A stretch of DNA of 314 nt from Escherichia coli (GTDB lineage Bacteria > Pseudomonadota > Gammaproteobacteria > Enterobacterales > Enterobacteriaceae). The position numbers and the translations under genes are program-made. Position 1 is the stretch's first letter; every line of letters begins with the position of its first letter. The notes beneath the pieces were generated by a model. That model was not told the origin of the DNA and did not search any database. It saw only the letters and a list, made by a program, of their open reading frames with translations. Location of the stretch: the NCBI RefSeq assembly GCF_003334385.1, contig NZ_QOWN01000207.1; one strand, 5' to 3'. This document shows positions 1-314 of this stretch, piece by piece.

Positions 1-313
1 AGAGAGCGTAGGCCAGTTCGTCATCCAGTGTTTTCCATGTCTGCTTGTATTCGCGATGAATGGCAGCAATGACCGGGTTGATTTTTCCTGTTGAATTTTC
101 AGTGTGCTGTTGATTGGCTCTGGCGCGGGCGAGATCAACAACAGACGTGTATTTTCCGGCTTCCTTGCGTTCACCTTCGCGACGTTTTTTCCAGATGCGC
201 ATCTCTGCCTGAATTTCGGGCCATTTGGCACCAGGCTTACATTTATGCTTAACCCACCCGATGGCATGCAGCTTAAGCTCCGGATACATGGCGTTAACTT
301 CTGGCATTTTCAT
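1..313 (-). CDS. Hypothetical protein, partial (N-terminal 104 codons; C-terminus beyond the window start). Hydrophilic with a basic Lys/Arg cluster; function not recognised.
   Basis: Reverse-complement translation from the ATG at + 311-313 runs 104 sense codons to + 2 with no stop, leaving + 1 as the first base of the next codon. The other two minus-strand frames stop within the first few codons. Codon usage favours CTG, CCG, GCC, CGC, AAA and GAA, typical of enterobacterial genes. Amino-acid composition is protein-like and mixed charged/hydrophobic. The true start is uncertain because only one base lies upstream of the ATG inside the window, so no Shine-Dalgarno can be checked and the frame could extend further upstream. 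Confidence 0.8.
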   Translation of the reverse strand, partial: MKMPEVNAMYPELKLHAIGWVKHKCKPGAKWPEIQAEMRIWKKRREGERKEAGKYTSVVDLARARANQQHTENSTGKINPVIAAIHREYKQTWKTLDDELAYAL

Positions 314-314
314 C

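Noticed and set aside
1-94. Short + strand ORFs at the 5' end (frame 1 stops at 64-66, frame 2 stops at 92-94, frame 3 stops at 7-9).
   Set aside because: All are terminated within fewer than about 30 codons and lie antisense to the strong minus-strand ORF.
185-190. T6 run on + (A6 on the coding strand) as a possible programmed-frameshift slippery site or terminator U-tract.
   Set aside because: On the coding strand the A-run is read as TGG AAA AAA CGT, which does not fit the X XXY YYZ slippery register, and no downstream stem-loop is evident. On the + strand no GC-rich hairpin immediately precedes the T-run, so it is not an intrinsic terminator. It is just two Lys codons.
95-314. Open frame on the + strand (frame 2) from 95 to the window end, 73 codons without a stop, with possible GTG at 101-103 or ATG at 245-247.
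   Set aside because: It is the exact codon-aligned antisense of the minus-strand ORF, and stays open only because the sense gene has few TTA/CTA/TCA codons. Its translation is Phe/Leu-rich and low-complexity (IFSVLLIGSGAGEINNRRVFSGFLAFTFATFFPD...), and no plausible RBS precedes the candidate starts. The minus-strand frame is longer and far more protein-like.
1-314. Search for CRISPR repeats, tandem or direct repeats, IS inverted-repeat termini, and tRNA-like structure.
   Set aside because: No repeat unit longer than about 7 nt recurs, there are no terminal inverted repeats, and no cloverleaf-compatible segment was seen. The window is fully accounted for by one coding sequence.

Overview
The window is almost entirely one uninterrupted open reading frame on the minus strand. 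It has an ATG at + 311-313, one base from the 3' edge of the window, and reads 104 codons without a stop to + 2, so the C-terminal end lies beyond the 5' edge. The translation is MKMPEVNAMYPELKLHAIGWVKHKCKPGAKWPEIQAEMRIWKKRREGERKEAGKYTSVVDLARARANQQHTENSTGKINPVIAAIHREYKQTWKTLDDELAYAL... I do not recognise this protein from memory, so it is called a hypothetical protein. It is hydrophilic, with a lysine/arginine-rich stretch (residues about 41-54) and no N-terminal hydrophobic segment, so it is probably cytoplasmic and may bind nucleic acid. GC content by hand count is about 49% (155 of 314), and codon choice is enterobacterial in style. No RNA gene, CRISPR repeat, mobile-element terminus or terminator is visible. 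The ribosome-binding site and promoter of this gene would lie past the 3' edge and cannot be assessed. Nothing here supports a novel system on its own; the window is too short, and the main value is a fragment of an uncharacterised gene that needs flanking sequence and a database search.
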